Assembly: GCA_963667015.2 (NCBI GenBank)
Contig: CAXXJJ010000004.1
Location: 608,001-672,000, forward strand
Length of the DNA: 64,000 nt
Source of the DNA: Desulfatiglandales bacterium
GTDB taxonomy: Bacteria; Desulfobacterota; DSM-4660; Desulfatiglandales; HGW-15
Direction: 5' to 3'
Notes under the pieces: model-generated
Database searches by the model: none
What the model was told of the DNA's origin: nothing
The model's input: only the letters and a program-made list of their open reading frames with translations
Translations under genes and position numbers: made by a program
In this document: positions 39,192 to 49,256 of the stretch, piece after piece
How the letters are laid out: every line of letters starts with the position of its first letter
Numbering within the stretch: position 1 is the stretch's first letter

Positions 39192-42002
39192 TCAGTTGGA
39201 CCCTTCCCAATAGTCTTGTCGATCAATTGGTGTATGCAGAAGGTAGTATTCGTTACTGTACTTCTTTGTCATATTCAAATCGTTTTTATATTCAACCTCA
39301 TTGCCCATTTTGCGGTATATCTCAGATCTGTATAGATAGGCTAAGGCATTATTAGGATCTTTTTCTATAACCCTGCTGAAATCAGAAATGGCTTTATCAA
39401 GCTGGCCTTTCTTTTCATAAGCCAGCCCTCTATTGATATAACTGGCAAGTGATTCAACAACCATGTATTTTTTTAATATATTTGCAAACCTCCGTGAGGC
39501 TGGGCCATAATACTTGAAGACATACTTAGGAACACTTCTTGTGCTATTAATAATAAGAGAATTAAAGTCCTGTCCCGCTTTTGGATAAAGTATCGGGTTG
39601 ATAAATGCATCAGGTCTTTCAGATATTATTTCTATAGCCTTGCTATAATCATTTACAGCTTTATCAAGTTCACCAATGTCTTCGTATGCCGTCCCGCGGT
39701 TGTTATACGCATTGATAAGATCAGGGTTTATCTCCAGTGCCTTGCTATAATCATCAATCGCCTGCCTGTACTCGCCGTCACTGTAATATGCATTGCCGCG
39801 AAGCAGGTAAGTTCCGGCATCTGCACCATCCAGGTCAAGAACCTTTGAAAAGTCTTTAATAGCCTTGCTAATTTTGCTACCGAGAAACGGTTGGAGATGT
39901 GCAATGCCTCTGCTTAAGTATGCTGATGAGTATTGGGGATCTATTTTAATAGCCCTGGTATAATCGGCAATGGCCTGTGGATATGATTGTTTTGCGAAAT
40001 AGGCATTGCCCCGGTTAATGTACGCATTAATATTTACAGGATCAATCTTTATGGCTTTTTTATAATCCTTTATAGCCTTTTTAAAGATTTGATCGGCCTG
40101 TTTATCTCTCTTCATGCGCTGTTTATATCCCTCTTTATTAGCCCATGACTTTACCTGGTTGATGTATTCGCTCCTGTTCGCATAGCGTTCTTTCGAGGCA
40201 TTCACATATGCCAGTCCCCGGTTATTATACGCTGCAGCATCATCAGGGTTTATCTTAATCGCCTTTGTGTAATCTTTTATGGCCTGTTCATAATCCTGTT
40301 TATCCATATAGTGATTACCGCGAAGTATGTACAGTCTGGCATCCGAATCATTCAGTTCTATCTGCCTGTTTAAATCTGCAATTGCACTATCAATATCCAC
40401 TTTTTTAGTATCAATTGCGGCATCTTCAGGTATGACAGTTGAAATCGCATTATCGGGGACAGCAGCAGAGTTCAAATCAGGATTTTCCTCGGTTTCATTC
40501 TGTGCCAATACTGGATTTTCTGCCTGATCTTTTATTAATTCGGGTTCATCGGACGATTGGACACTGGCTAAATCAATCGTTTTTTCATTCTTATTCATTG
40601 CCTTTGTATCAACAGATGCCATAACAATAACCGGCTCTTTATTCTCCTGCACCTGATTGTTTGACAATTCTTTCTGAGGCATTGTTTCGGTATTCGGTAT
40701 TGACTGCAGATTGTCAGCTTCATTAAAAGCTTTTGGTTCGAGTATATTTTCTTGTACAGGTTTTTGGTCCTCTTTTGTTATCGAAACAATGTTTATTACT
40801 TGTATTGGTTCCAGTAATTCTTTTGCTGTATTGTTGAATTCTACTGACTTGACCCGGGCATGAATACCCGCAATGCTAAACGTCAGAACAGCAATGCACA
40901 CAAATACTATTGTTTTAAAACTCAATCTTGTATTCATGGCATTACTCCTTTTACTGGACAGGATCTGTTCTACCCTTTTAATAAGGTTAAAACCTTTCCC
41001 GGCCATACCGGAAGCAAATGGTATATTGCTAATCAATGATACCTTTTCTGCCAGGTTCATAAGGCATCTTGAGTAATCCGCTGGCGAAAGCTCATTTAAT
41101 ACATAATTATCAGATACCTCTTCCCTTGCCTGTTCATGCTCCCTGTTTATGATATATACAAACGGGTTCCACCAGTGAAAGGCTATTACAAATCGTTTAA
41201 TGCTCCCTGTTATCTGGTCATAGTGGTATATGTGCGCCATCTCATGAAGAAGGATGCTTTTTAGTTCATTATCACTCATAGTATCCAACAGTTTTTCAGG
41301 GATAATGATTGCAGGATGTATAAAACCAATAGCCATTGGAGACTCTATCAGGGATGAGCGGTAGAGCCTGGGAATAATGCGGCCCTTCCTGAATAATGTT
41401 ACTGCTATATTATTCAGCATATTATTAAAGGATGCATCCTTTACAGCTTCAAGATTGCCTTTAAACATTCTTACTATTATTAATCCATAGCCAAGCCTCA
41501 ACACCTGGAACAGGACACCCATCAGCCAGATAATACCCAGTGCATTAATAAAAATAATCGCCTGTTCCTTTAAAGAAATAGATAAGGAATAGGGCTCTGA
41601 AACAGCTTGACCAACAATAATGTCATCGGAATATAACAATGGAGCAGATGATGTTGCAGGCGATGGCGCAGGGGAAACAACAGGCAATTGCTCAATCGGT
41701 GATTGCATTTCCCCCACTAGAGGCGGTATTTTTACCATCTCTGTAATCTTTCTTTCATTAAGCCCTGCAGGAGCATACTGAGTAAAGTCTGCGTCATACA
41801 GTCTGTATCCGAAGAAGATAACAAACATAAGACCCAGGGCTGCCATTGTCGCAGAGCAGACAAGACTCCGGACAGGCGCAGATCGTCTGGAAAGGAGTCT
41901 GATTGCTGCAATCCCGATAAGGGAAACCAGAGTAGACTGCAGGGCCAGGCTCATAATATAACCTGCAAGCTCCTGATTCGATATAAAAGAGGGAATAACC
42001 AT
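39192..42002 (-). CDS. BlaR1/MecR1 peptidase M56 - TPR repeat protein (paralogue A)
   Basis: TM helices, SPM..G, LLHEMAH, HWWNPF, REEVSD; C-terminal TPRs. Confidence 0.9.
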   Translation of the reverse strand: MVIPSFISNQELAGYIMSLALQSTLVSLIGIAAIRLLSRRSAPVRSLVCSATMAALGLMFVIFFGYRLYDADFTQYAPAGLNERKITEMVKIPPLVGEMQSPIEQLPVVSPAPSPATSSAPLLYSDDIIVGQAVSEPYSLSISLKEQAIIFINALGIIWLMGVLFQVLRLGYGLIIVRMFKGNLEAVKDASFNNMLNNIAVTLFRKGRIIPRLYRSSLIESPMAIGFIHPAIIIPEKLLDTMSDNELKSILLHEMAHIYHYDQITGSIKRFVIAFHWWNPFVYIINREHEQAREEVSDNYVLNELSPADYSRCLMNLAEKVSLISNIPFASGMAGKGFNLIKRVEQILSSKRSNAMNTRLSFKTIVFVCIAVLTFSIAGIHARVKSVEFNNTAKELLEPIQVINIVSITKEDQKPVQENILEPKAFNEADNLQSIPNTETMPQKELSNNQVQENKEPVIVMASVDTKAMNKNEKTIDLASVQSSDEPELIKDQAENPVLAQNETEENPDLNSAAVPDNAISTVIPEDAAIDTKKVDIDSAIADLNRQIELNDSDARLYILRGNHYMDKQDYEQAIKDYTKAIKINPDDAAAYNNRGLAYVNASKERYANRSEYINQVKSWANKEGYKQRMKRDKQADQIFKKAIKDYKKAIKIDPVNINAYINRGNAYFAKQSYPQAIADYTRAIKIDPQYSSAYLSRGIAHLQPFLGSKISKAIKDFSKVLDLDGADAGTYLLRGNAYYSDGEYRQAIDDYSKALEINPDLINAYNNRGTAYEDIGELDKAVNDYSKAIEIISERPDAFINPILYPKAGQDFNSLIINSTRSVPKYVFKYYGPASRRFANILKKYMVVESLASYINRGLAYEKKGQLDKAISDFSRVIEKDPNNALAYLYRSEIYRKMGNEVEYKNDLNMTKKYSNEYYLLHTPIDRQDYWEGSN

Positions 42003-42006
42003 TTAT

Positions 42007-44913
42007 TTACCTCCATAAATCTGTTTCCGTTCTAAGGTATTCCTTTAAGAAGTGATAAGAAGAGTCAGGGGATCCTTCCCAATAACCTTGTCGATTATTT
42101 GGTTCATGCAGATCGTTGTATTCGTTACTGTACTTCTTTACCATATTTAAATCGTTTTTATATTCAACCTCATTGCCCATTTTGCGGTATATCTTAGATC
42201 TGTATAGATAGGCTAAGGCATTATTCGGATCTATTTCTATAACCCTGCTGAAATCAGAAATGGCTTTATCAAGCTGGCCTTTTTTATCATAAGCCAGCCC
42301 TCTTTTGATGTAGCTGGCAAGTGGTCCCATAACTATGAATAGTGTATTTATTACTTGATCGTGGTTATACCGGGTATCTCTTCTATTGTAATAATCACCG
42401 TAACGATCGTTGTAATCATAAGGAGGGTTAAGAAAATATACATGAGAAGTATAATAAGAAAAGGGCTTTTGAATAACTTTAGAATAAAAATTCGGGTTGA
42501 TATTGGTATCAGGGTTTTTAGAGATTATCTCTATTGCCTTGCTGTAATCATATATTGCTTTATCAAGTTCACCCATGTCTTCGTAAGCCATCCCGCGGTT
42601 GTCATATGCATTGATAAGATCAGGGTTTATCTCCAATACCTTGCTATAATCATTAATCGCCTGCCATAGTTCGCCGTTACTGTAATATGCATTGCCTCGA
42701 AACAGGTAATTTCCTGCGTCCCTACCACCCAGTTCAATGGCCTTTGAAAAGTCTTTAATAGCATTGCTGAAGCTGTTATCCGCGAAATAGGCAATGCCCC
42801 TGTTTATGTATGCTAATGAGAATTCGGGATCTATTTTAATTGCCCTGGTATAATCGGAAATAGCCTTTTTATACGATTGTTTCGCGAAATAGGCATTGCC
42901 CCGGTTAATATACGCATTAATATTTTCAGGATCTTTCTTTATGGCCTGTTTATAGTCCTTTATTGCCTTTTCAAAAAATAACTTATCGGCCCATTTCCAG
43001 TTTCTCATGAACTGTTTAAAAAAATCCTTTTGAGCCTGTTTATTGTCCTTCATGGCCTTTTCAAATTCCTCTTTATTCATATATGCCTGTTGCGGGTATA
43101 TGATTTCTTCCCACATATTCACATATGCTAGTCCCCGGTTATTGTACGCTGCAGCATCGCCAGGGTTTATATCTATCGCCTTAGTGTAATCATTTATTGC
43201 CTGTTCATAATCCTGTTTATCCATGTGGAGATTACCGCGAAGCATGTACAGCCCGGCATCAGATTCATTCAGTTCTATTTGCCTGCTTATCTCTGCAATT
43301 GCAGTATCAATATCCTGTTCTTTAGGATCATTTGCGGCATCTTCAGGTGTGACATTTGAAATCGCATTATCGGGGACAGCAGCAGATTTCAAATCAGGAT
43401 ATTCTGCGGTTTCATTCTGTGCCAATACTAGATTTTCTGCCAGATCTTTTATTAATTCGGGTTCGTCGGATGATTGGATACTGGCTAAATCAATCGGCTT
43501 TTCAATCTTATTCATAGCCTTTGTATCAATAGACGCCATAACAATAACCGACTCTTTATTCTCCTGCACCTGATTGTTTGACAATTCTTTCTGAGGCATT
43601 GTTTCGGTATTCGGTATTGACTGCAAATTGTCAGCTTCATTAACAGCTTTTGGTTCGAGTATATTTTCTTGTACAGGTTTTTGGTCCTCTTTTGTTATCG
43701 AAACAATGTTTATTACTTGTATTGGTTCCAGTAATTCTTTTGCTGTATTGTTGAATTCTACTGACTTGACCCGGGCATGAATACCCGCAATGCTAAACGT
43801 CAGAACAGCAATGCACACAAATACTATTGTTTTAAAACTCAATCCTGTATTCATGGCATTACTCCTTTTACTGGACAGGATCTGTTCTACCCTTTTAATA
43901 AGGTTAAAACCTTTCCCGGCCATACCGGAAGCAAATGGTATATTGCTAATCAATGATACCTTTTCTGCCAGGTTCATAAGGCATCTTGAGTAATCCGCTG
44001 GCGAAAGCTCATTTAATACATAATTATCAGATACCTCTTCTCTGGCCTGTTCATGTTCCCTGTTAATGATATATACAAACGGGTTCCACCAGTGAAAGGC
44101 TATTACGAATCGTTTAATGATCCCTGTTATCTGGTCATAGTGGTATATGTGCGCCATCTCATGCAGAAGGATGCTTTTGAGTTCATTATCACTCATAGTA
44201 TCCAACAGTTTTTCAGGGATAATGATTGCAGGATGTATAAAACCAATAGCCATTGGGGACTCTATCAGGGATGAGCGGTAGAGCCTGGGAACAATGCGGC
44301 CTTTCCTGAATAATGTTACCGCAATATTGTTCAGCATATTATTAAAGGATGAATCATTTACAGCTTCAAGGCTGTTTTTAAACATTCTTACTACTATTAA
44401 TCCATAACCAAGCCTTGATAACTGAAAAAGTACCCCGATAATCCATATGAAGCCCAGAATGTTTATAAGGATAATTAAGGTAGAGGATAAACTGATAGAG
44501 TATGGAAAATGTGCCAGGGCCGGAGTCGAATAACCTGTATCGTTAATTAATGGAGTATATGATTGTGTAATAGGGAATTGTGCAGGTTCAATCGGTGATG
44601 GTTTATACTGAATCGGTAATTGTTCATCCTGTTTTAAAACAGGTATAACATCTGATATCGTTTTCTGCTCAATAACAGGGTTTGGTTTACTTTGCCATGA
44701 TATGTCAGCTAAACGAACACCTGTAAAGATCACAATGAGTAATCCCATTGCAATTATTGCAGCAGCACAGACAAGGCTGCGAAGAGGGGCAGGTTTTTTG
44801 GAGAGCATTTTTATCAGAACAAGCCCTGTTATAGATATCAGGATAGACTGTACTCCCAATGTTATAAAAAAACCTGCTGCTTCATGGCTTGTTAATAAAG
44901 AGAGAAAATCCAT
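42007..44913 (-). CDS. BlaR1/MecR1 peptidase M56 - TPR repeat protein (paralogue B)
   Basis: Same architecture as 39192-42002 with a near-identical core. Confidence 0.9.
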   Translation of the reverse strand: MDFLSLLTSHEAAGFFITLGVQSILISITGLVLIKMLSKKPAPLRSLVCAAAIIAMGLLIVIFTGVRLADISWQSKPNPVIEQKTISDVIPVLKQDEQLPIQYKPSPIEPAQFPITQSYTPLINDTGYSTPALAHFPYSISLSSTLIILINILGFIWIIGVLFQLSRLGYGLIVVRMFKNSLEAVNDSSFNNMLNNIAVTLFRKGRIVPRLYRSSLIESPMAIGFIHPAIIIPEKLLDTMSDNELKSILLHEMAHIYHYDQITGIIKRFVIAFHWWNPFVYIINREHEQAREEVSDNYVLNELSPADYSRCLMNLAEKVSLISNIPFASGMAGKGFNLIKRVEQILSSKRSNAMNTGLSFKTIVFVCIAVLTFSIAGIHARVKSVEFNNTAKELLEPIQVINIVSITKEDQKPVQENILEPKAVNEADNLQSIPNTETMPQKELSNNQVQENKESVIVMASIDTKAMNKIEKPIDLASIQSSDEPELIKDLAENLVLAQNETAEYPDLKSAAVPDNAISNVTPEDAANDPKEQDIDTAIAEISRQIELNESDAGLYMLRGNLHMDKQDYEQAINDYTKAIDINPGDAAAYNNRGLAYVNMWEEIIYPQQAYMNKEEFEKAMKDNKQAQKDFFKQFMRNWKWADKLFFEKAIKDYKQAIKKDPENINAYINRGNAYFAKQSYKKAISDYTRAIKIDPEFSLAYINRGIAYFADNSFSNAIKDFSKAIELGGRDAGNYLFRGNAYYSNGELWQAINDYSKVLEINPDLINAYDNRGMAYEDMGELDKAIYDYSKAIEIISKNPDTNINPNFYSKVIQKPFSYYTSHVYFLNPPYDYNDRYGDYYNRRDTRYNHDQVINTLFIVMGPLASYIKRGLAYDKKGQLDKAISDFSRVIEIDPNNALAYLYRSKIYRKMGNEVEYKNDLNMVKKYSNEYNDLHEPNNRQGYWEGSPDSSYHFLKEYLRTETDLWR

Positions 44914-44914
44914 T

Positions 44915-45304
44915 TTATTTCTCCTCGTATTTGTCTATTAACTCCCTCAACTGCCTTATTTCTTCACTTGAAACCGCTGACCTGCTGAAAAATGCCTTTA
45001 CAAGCTCCACACATGAACCGCCAAAAATACGATCACCTATATCCAATGCTATCGCTGCAGATGCTTCGCTTCTGGGTGTTGTTGATGTAAAAATAAACTT
45101 GTTTCCCTCCTGATGGTGGGTAAGCCATCCCTTTTCCTCAAGTCTTCCGACCTGAACCTGGATAGTGGACCTGGTAAGATTGCGCTTATTATTTTTATTT
45201 ACCTGGTTCATGATTTCGGTAACAGTCAGTTCCCCTGAGTTCCAGACCACATTCATTATCTCAAATTCTGAAGGTGTGAGTTTTGGTAAGGCATTTTTTT
45301 TCAT
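44915..45304 (-). CDS. BlaI/MecI/CopY family repressor
   Basis: LTPSEFEIMNVVW, TIQVQVGRLEEKGWL, FGGS..LV; directly upstream of M56 genes. Confidence 0.9.
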   Translation of the reverse strand: MKKNALPKLTPSEFEIMNVVWNSGELTVTEIMNQVNKNNKRNLTRSTIQVQVGRLEEKGWLTHHQEGNKFIFTSTTPRSEASAAIALDIGDRIFGGSCVELVKAFFSRSAVSSEEIRQLRELIDKYEEK

Positions 45305-45319
45305 TTCTCATATCTCCTA

Positions 45320-45364
45320 ATGACATTTGTAATTAATTATGATGACAGACGTCATTAATGTCAA
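45320..45364 (-). promoter_or_regulatory. Two BlaI-type operators overlapping the blaI promoter
   Basis: ATGACATTTGTAAT (45320-33) and ATGACAGACGTCAT (45342-55), resembling the TACA-N2-TGTA consensus; minus-strand TTGACA at 45359-64. Confidence 0.65.
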
Positions 45365-45385
45365 CATTTTTTAATTTTATTTTAA

Positions 45386-45423
45386 GTGTGAAATACCGGG
45401 GTCTGTGTGAAATACCGGGGTCT
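45386..45423 (+). repeat. Perfect 19-bp tandem duplication
   Basis: GTGTGAAATACCGGGGTCT x2. Confidence 0.9.
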
Positions 45424-45527
45424 GCGCTTGACATTGGACAGATTCGAAGCTGTTCAGCAACAGGGATGAATTTATAAAGGTAATTGATAAGGCAATAAAT
45501 AAAGGGATTAGATCTCCATGCCAAATA

Positions 45528-45586
45528 GGTGACGCAGGTAAAAAAGCAAATCCAATAGTTTGTTTTATCTTTTTACCTACGCCCCC
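45528..45586. repeat. Imperfect inverted repeat (REP-like or terminator)
   Basis: GGTGACGCAGGTAAAAA...TTTTTACCTACGCCCCC. Confidence 0.55.
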
Positions 45587-45607
45587 TTTCCATGATCGTT
45601 ACCAGGA

Positions 45608-47569
45608 TTAAAATCTCCCAATCAGCCTTGAAGCCGCGTATGCGGTGCTGGTTGCGTAAAGGATGTTTGCGGCTTTCCGACATTCGCCGATCATGTGGAA
45701 GTCTTTTGCGCAGCGGTTGAATTTCAAAGCTTCGTCATGGAGAGGTTTCATACCCACGGCATAAATCACCGCATCAGCAGCATAAAACACCTCGCTATCC
45801 GGACCCTGGCATTTTACCCCCTCTCCGGTTATCTCAACAGCCTTCGTATTAAAATGTATGGGTATATTTTTCTGCGTTATCATATCGATAACGGCGCTCT
45901 TGTGCAGGTTGTTGCCGCCGTCGTTTATATCACCGAGCATTTCAACGATTTCGGCGTCAATTCCGAAATCTTTAAGATAAATAGCCAGCTCTGTGCCGAC
46001 AAAACCTGCCCCGAGTATGACAACTCTCCCTTTGACAAGCGATGGGTTTTTAAACACATCAATCGCCTGATACACATTGCTTCCGTTTATCCCCGGAATA
46101 CCCGGCTTTACCGGGTATGAACCGACTGCCGCTATAATGACATCAGGACATTCCGCCTGCGCGTATTCTGGTGTCACCTCAGTATTCAGTCTCAGGTCAA
46201 TACTCGATTTAGCTATCTGAGACCGCTGCAGCAGTATGTAATCATGCAAATCCTGCTTAAACGGCACCTCGGCTTCGCACAGGATTTTACCACCGAGTTC
46301 GCCGCTCTTTTCACATAAAATCACATCATGCCCGTTTTTACTCGCGGTTAGTGCAGCCTGCATTCCGGCTATACCGCCGCCAATAACGAGTACACGCTGC
46401 TTTTCAGGTGTGGGAAGTGCCCTGAACACCTCGCGTTCGCGGCCTATTTCGGGATTGATGGCGCAAATGAGGTCACCGTGCCTCACTCCTTCCGCAAAGC
46501 AGGTAAGGCAGCGCATACACTTGCGTATCTCATCGACGCGACCGCGCCGCACCTTATTCGGAAAATCGGGGTCGCAGACCAGCCCGCGCCCCATATAGAT
46601 AATGTCCGCTTTACCCGAAGCGAGGATTTGCTCCATTAGATAAGGGTCGCTCAGACCGCCGACTGTACCGACAAGCGATTTTTTTACATGTTTTTTTACT
46701 TCCGCCGCGCATTCGACGTTAACGCCAGGCGGATAAAATATGCTAACCTGAGTGCGCGATAATGTTTCAGCTCCGAATCTTTCTATTGCTCCGACAGAAA
46801 CATGGATTATATCCGCATGCCCGTCAAGCTGCTCGGCTATCCGGCAGCCTTCGTCAATGCCATATCCTTCTTTTACGACTTCACTGCCGCTGATTCGAAT
46901 TTCAACAGGGAAATCCTGACCGCAGAGCTGCTTAATCTTATCGATTGCCATGACAGCGAAACGGCAGCGGTTTTCCGGGTTGCCTCCCCATCTGTCAGTT
47001 CTTGTGTTTATGGTCGGTGACATAAACTGCTGCAGGCCAAAGCCGTGGGCGCCATGCAGACATACCATATCAAAATCAGCGTTTTTCGCAGCAAGTGCCG
47101 CGTTTCCAAACTCGTCTATAATTTGCAGGATTTTCTCTTCAGGCATGGCCACGACTTTCTCTCCGAATCGCGGAGCCATATCGACCGGTCCCCATGCGGG
47201 TTTTCCCGGTCCCGTATACATACGGGCATGGATACCGGAAAAGCAGAGCTCTAAAACAGAGACGGCTCCCTGACGTCTTATTGCGCTTGCAAGACGCGGG
47301 TAGTTATAATTACTCATTCGTGTGATTTCACGTGGATATCTCCCCTCCCGATAATCCTCAGGGTCTACGTCGACTTCTCCATATGTGATTGCCGCCGCGC
47401 CGCCCATAGCCTTCCTTTCAAAATATGCGACCGCTTCAAGCGAAGGTTGACCATCGCGTATAACTTCAGCTGAGTTAACCGGTGCCGCGCACATCCTGTG
47501 ACGGAATACTACATTTCCTATTTTCAGCGGGGATAACAGGTGCGGAAATAATTCAAATGCATTTACCAT
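45608..47569 (-). CDS. NADH:flavin oxidoreductase (Old Yellow Enzyme / 2,4-dienoyl-CoA reductase-like)
   Basis: LHGAHGF, NTRTDRWGG..ENRCRF, CMRCLTC..C 4Fe-4S, GGGIAG, GAGFVG. Confidence 0.9.
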   Translation of the reverse strand: MVNAFELFPHLLSPLKIGNVVFRHRMCAAPVNSAEVIRDGQPSLEAVAYFERKAMGGAAAITYGEVDVDPEDYREGRYPREITRMSNYNYPRLASAIRRQGAVSVLELCFSGIHARMYTGPGKPAWGPVDMAPRFGEKVVAMPEEKILQIIDEFGNAALAAKNADFDMVCLHGAHGFGLQQFMSPTINTRTDRWGGNPENRCRFAVMAIDKIKQLCGQDFPVEIRISGSEVVKEGYGIDEGCRIAEQLDGHADIIHVSVGAIERFGAETLSRTQVSIFYPPGVNVECAAEVKKHVKKSLVGTVGGLSDPYLMEQILASGKADIIYMGRGLVCDPDFPNKVRRGRVDEIRKCMRCLTCFAEGVRHGDLICAINPEIGREREVFRALPTPEKQRVLVIGGGIAGMQAALTASKNGHDVILCEKSGELGGKILCEAEVPFKQDLHDYILLQRSQIAKSSIDLRLNTEVTPEYAQAECPDVIIAAVGSYPVKPGIPGINGSNVYQAIDVFKNPSLVKGRVVILGAGFVGTELAIYLKDFGIDAEIVEMLGDINDGGNNLHKSAVIDMITQKNIPIHFNTKAVEITGEGVKCQGPDSEVFYAADAVIYAVGMKPLHDEALKFNRCAKDFHMIGECRKAANILYATSTAYAASRLIGRF

Positions 47570-47983
47570 GATAAATCACCCTCCTATTTTTAAGAATGAA
47601 GTCTCCAGGTTTCAGAACAGGGAACAATGAACAACCTAAGAGAAAATATATGCAGCGTTCTTTCTCTGGTTCTCCACTCCATTTAGAAAACTTAAAATCG
47701 ATAAGACTTGCAGGGCAGTACGTCTTTGTGCCTGAAATGATACAGTTATTCTTAAAACTTATTTAAGAATAATTCAAGGTTCAAGATTCAACATTCAAAA
47801 TTTAGGATATGACTCTGCCATATCAATCAAATGGTCCCATTGGTGTTAATTTATCTAAACTTATATATAGTTGGATATTAATTTATTTAATAATGATTAT
47901 TCGTCTTCTTTTACCATAATGCGCTACGTTCAATAGACAATCCGGTATTTGGCAAACTTCAGGTATTTCTTTTCATTTCTTAT

Positions 47984-48011
47984 TAAAGCCGGATTAAAAA
48001 TAAGCCGAAAA
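47984..48011 (+). promoter_or_regulatory. sigma28 (FliA)-type promoter
   Basis: TAAA-N16-GCCGAAAA 24 bp upstream of ATG 48036. Confidence 0.55.
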
Positions 48012-48035
48012 AGCTATTAGAAGGAATATATTGTT

Positions 48036-48641
48036 ATGATCGGATCGGTTTCAGATTCAACATTTGCCTATGGTAACCATTCCCTTAAGGAGCGGTACAA
48101 TACAGGCAATAAAGAAGCAAAATCCGAATCAGTAAAAGAGCAGTCGTTAAAAAATGAATCTGTCTCTTCCGGTTCTTCCCCGGAATTAACTGATGAGGAG
48201 ATACGGCAGGTTGCAGAGCTCAAGCAGCGTGACACTGAAGTGCGCGCACACGAGGCTGCTCATATAGCAGCAGGCGGAGTGTTTGTACGCGGAGGCGCCT
48301 CCTTCAGTTATCAGACAGGGCCTGATAATGGCCGCTACGCTGTTGGCGGAGAGGTGAATATTGATACATCACCGGTAAACGGTGATCCGGAAGCAACCAT
48401 AAGAAAGATGCAGACTGTGCGAAGTGCAGCGCTTGCTCCGGCCAATCCTTCCGGTCAGGACCGCTCGGTTGCGGCAAAAGCATCCACCCGGGAAGCCCGG
48501 GCTCAACAGGAGCTTGCTAAGGAACGTGCCGAGGAAGTAAAAGAAAACAGCGAAAAACACACAACTGCAGCATCCGAGTATAAAAAGAACGATAATCCAT
48601 CAATTGAAAGTACCGGTCAAAATATAGATTTATCTGTTTAA
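48036..48641 (+). CDS. SprA-related family protein (HExxH)
   Basis: RD.EVRAHEAAH, YQTGPD..RYAVGGEV.ID, ALAPA.PS.QD..VAA. Confidence 0.85.
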   Translation: MIGSVSDSTFAYGNHSLKERYNTGNKEAKSESVKEQSLKNESVSSGSSPELTDEEIRQVAELKQRDTEVRAHEAAHIAAGGVFVRGGASFSYQTGPDNGRYAVGGEVNIDTSPVNGDPEATIRKMQTVRSAALAPANPSGQDRSVAAKASTREARAQQELAKERAEEVKENSEKHTTAASEYKKNDNPSIESTGQNIDLSV

Positions 48642-48673
48642 TAATAAACCTTTAACAGGTAAGGAGAATTACA

Positions 48674-49090
48674 ATGCTGTATAACGAATTAAAGCAGGAC
48701 TTGAAAGAGTCTATGAAAATAAAAAATATGGAAAGAGTAAATGCTCTGCGAGTTATTATGGGAGAATTCCCAAGACTTAATAAATTAGCCGGTGAACTTC
48801 CTACTGATGATGAAGTATTGAAGATATTGAAAAGTCTTAAGAAGAATGAAGAATTGGTACTGGAAAAATCAAATAAAACTGATTCAATATATCTTAATGT
48901 TATTGAAAGTTACCTGCCTAAAATGATGTCCAGAGAAGAAATTAAAGCCTTCATTCTTTCATCAGGTATTGATACTAACAATGGTGGAAATACAGGGCAA
49001 TTAACAGGCCAGGTAATGAAAGATTTAAAGGGAAAAGCTGAAGGCAGCGTGGTAAAAGAAGTATTAACTGAAATGATGAATGAGAATTAA
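48674..49090 (+). CDS. GatB/YqeY domain protein
   Basis: LK..MK, YLPKMMS.EEI, G.VMK.LKGKAEG. Confidence 0.8.
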   Translation: MLYNELKQDLKESMKIKNMERVNALRVIMGEFPRLNKLAGELPTDDEVLKILKSLKKNEELVLEKSNKTDSIYLNVIESYLPKMMSREEIKAFILSSGIDTNNGGNTGQLTGQVMKDLKGKAEGSVVKEVLTEMMNEN

Positions 49091-49256
49091 AATTCCAGCA
49101 GAAGATATACGACTTTCTAGATTTTGTTGATGCTATGAACAGGGAATAATTACAATTGTAAAAACAGGTGAATTACTTTTGATTTCCATGTATGATAAGG
49201 ATCTTATTAAGCTGTAGCCAGAATAGAATATAGTCAACCTGTTATCGGAGGTTTTT

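Noticed and set aside
39192..44913. Diversity-generating retroelement TR/VR pair
   Set aside because: Differences between paralogues are not adenine-specific and there is no reverse transcriptase in the window
47773..47800. Four TTCAA-NN heptamers resembling the 5553-5707 arrays
   Set aside because: No inverted partner found; may be a degenerate remnant or chance
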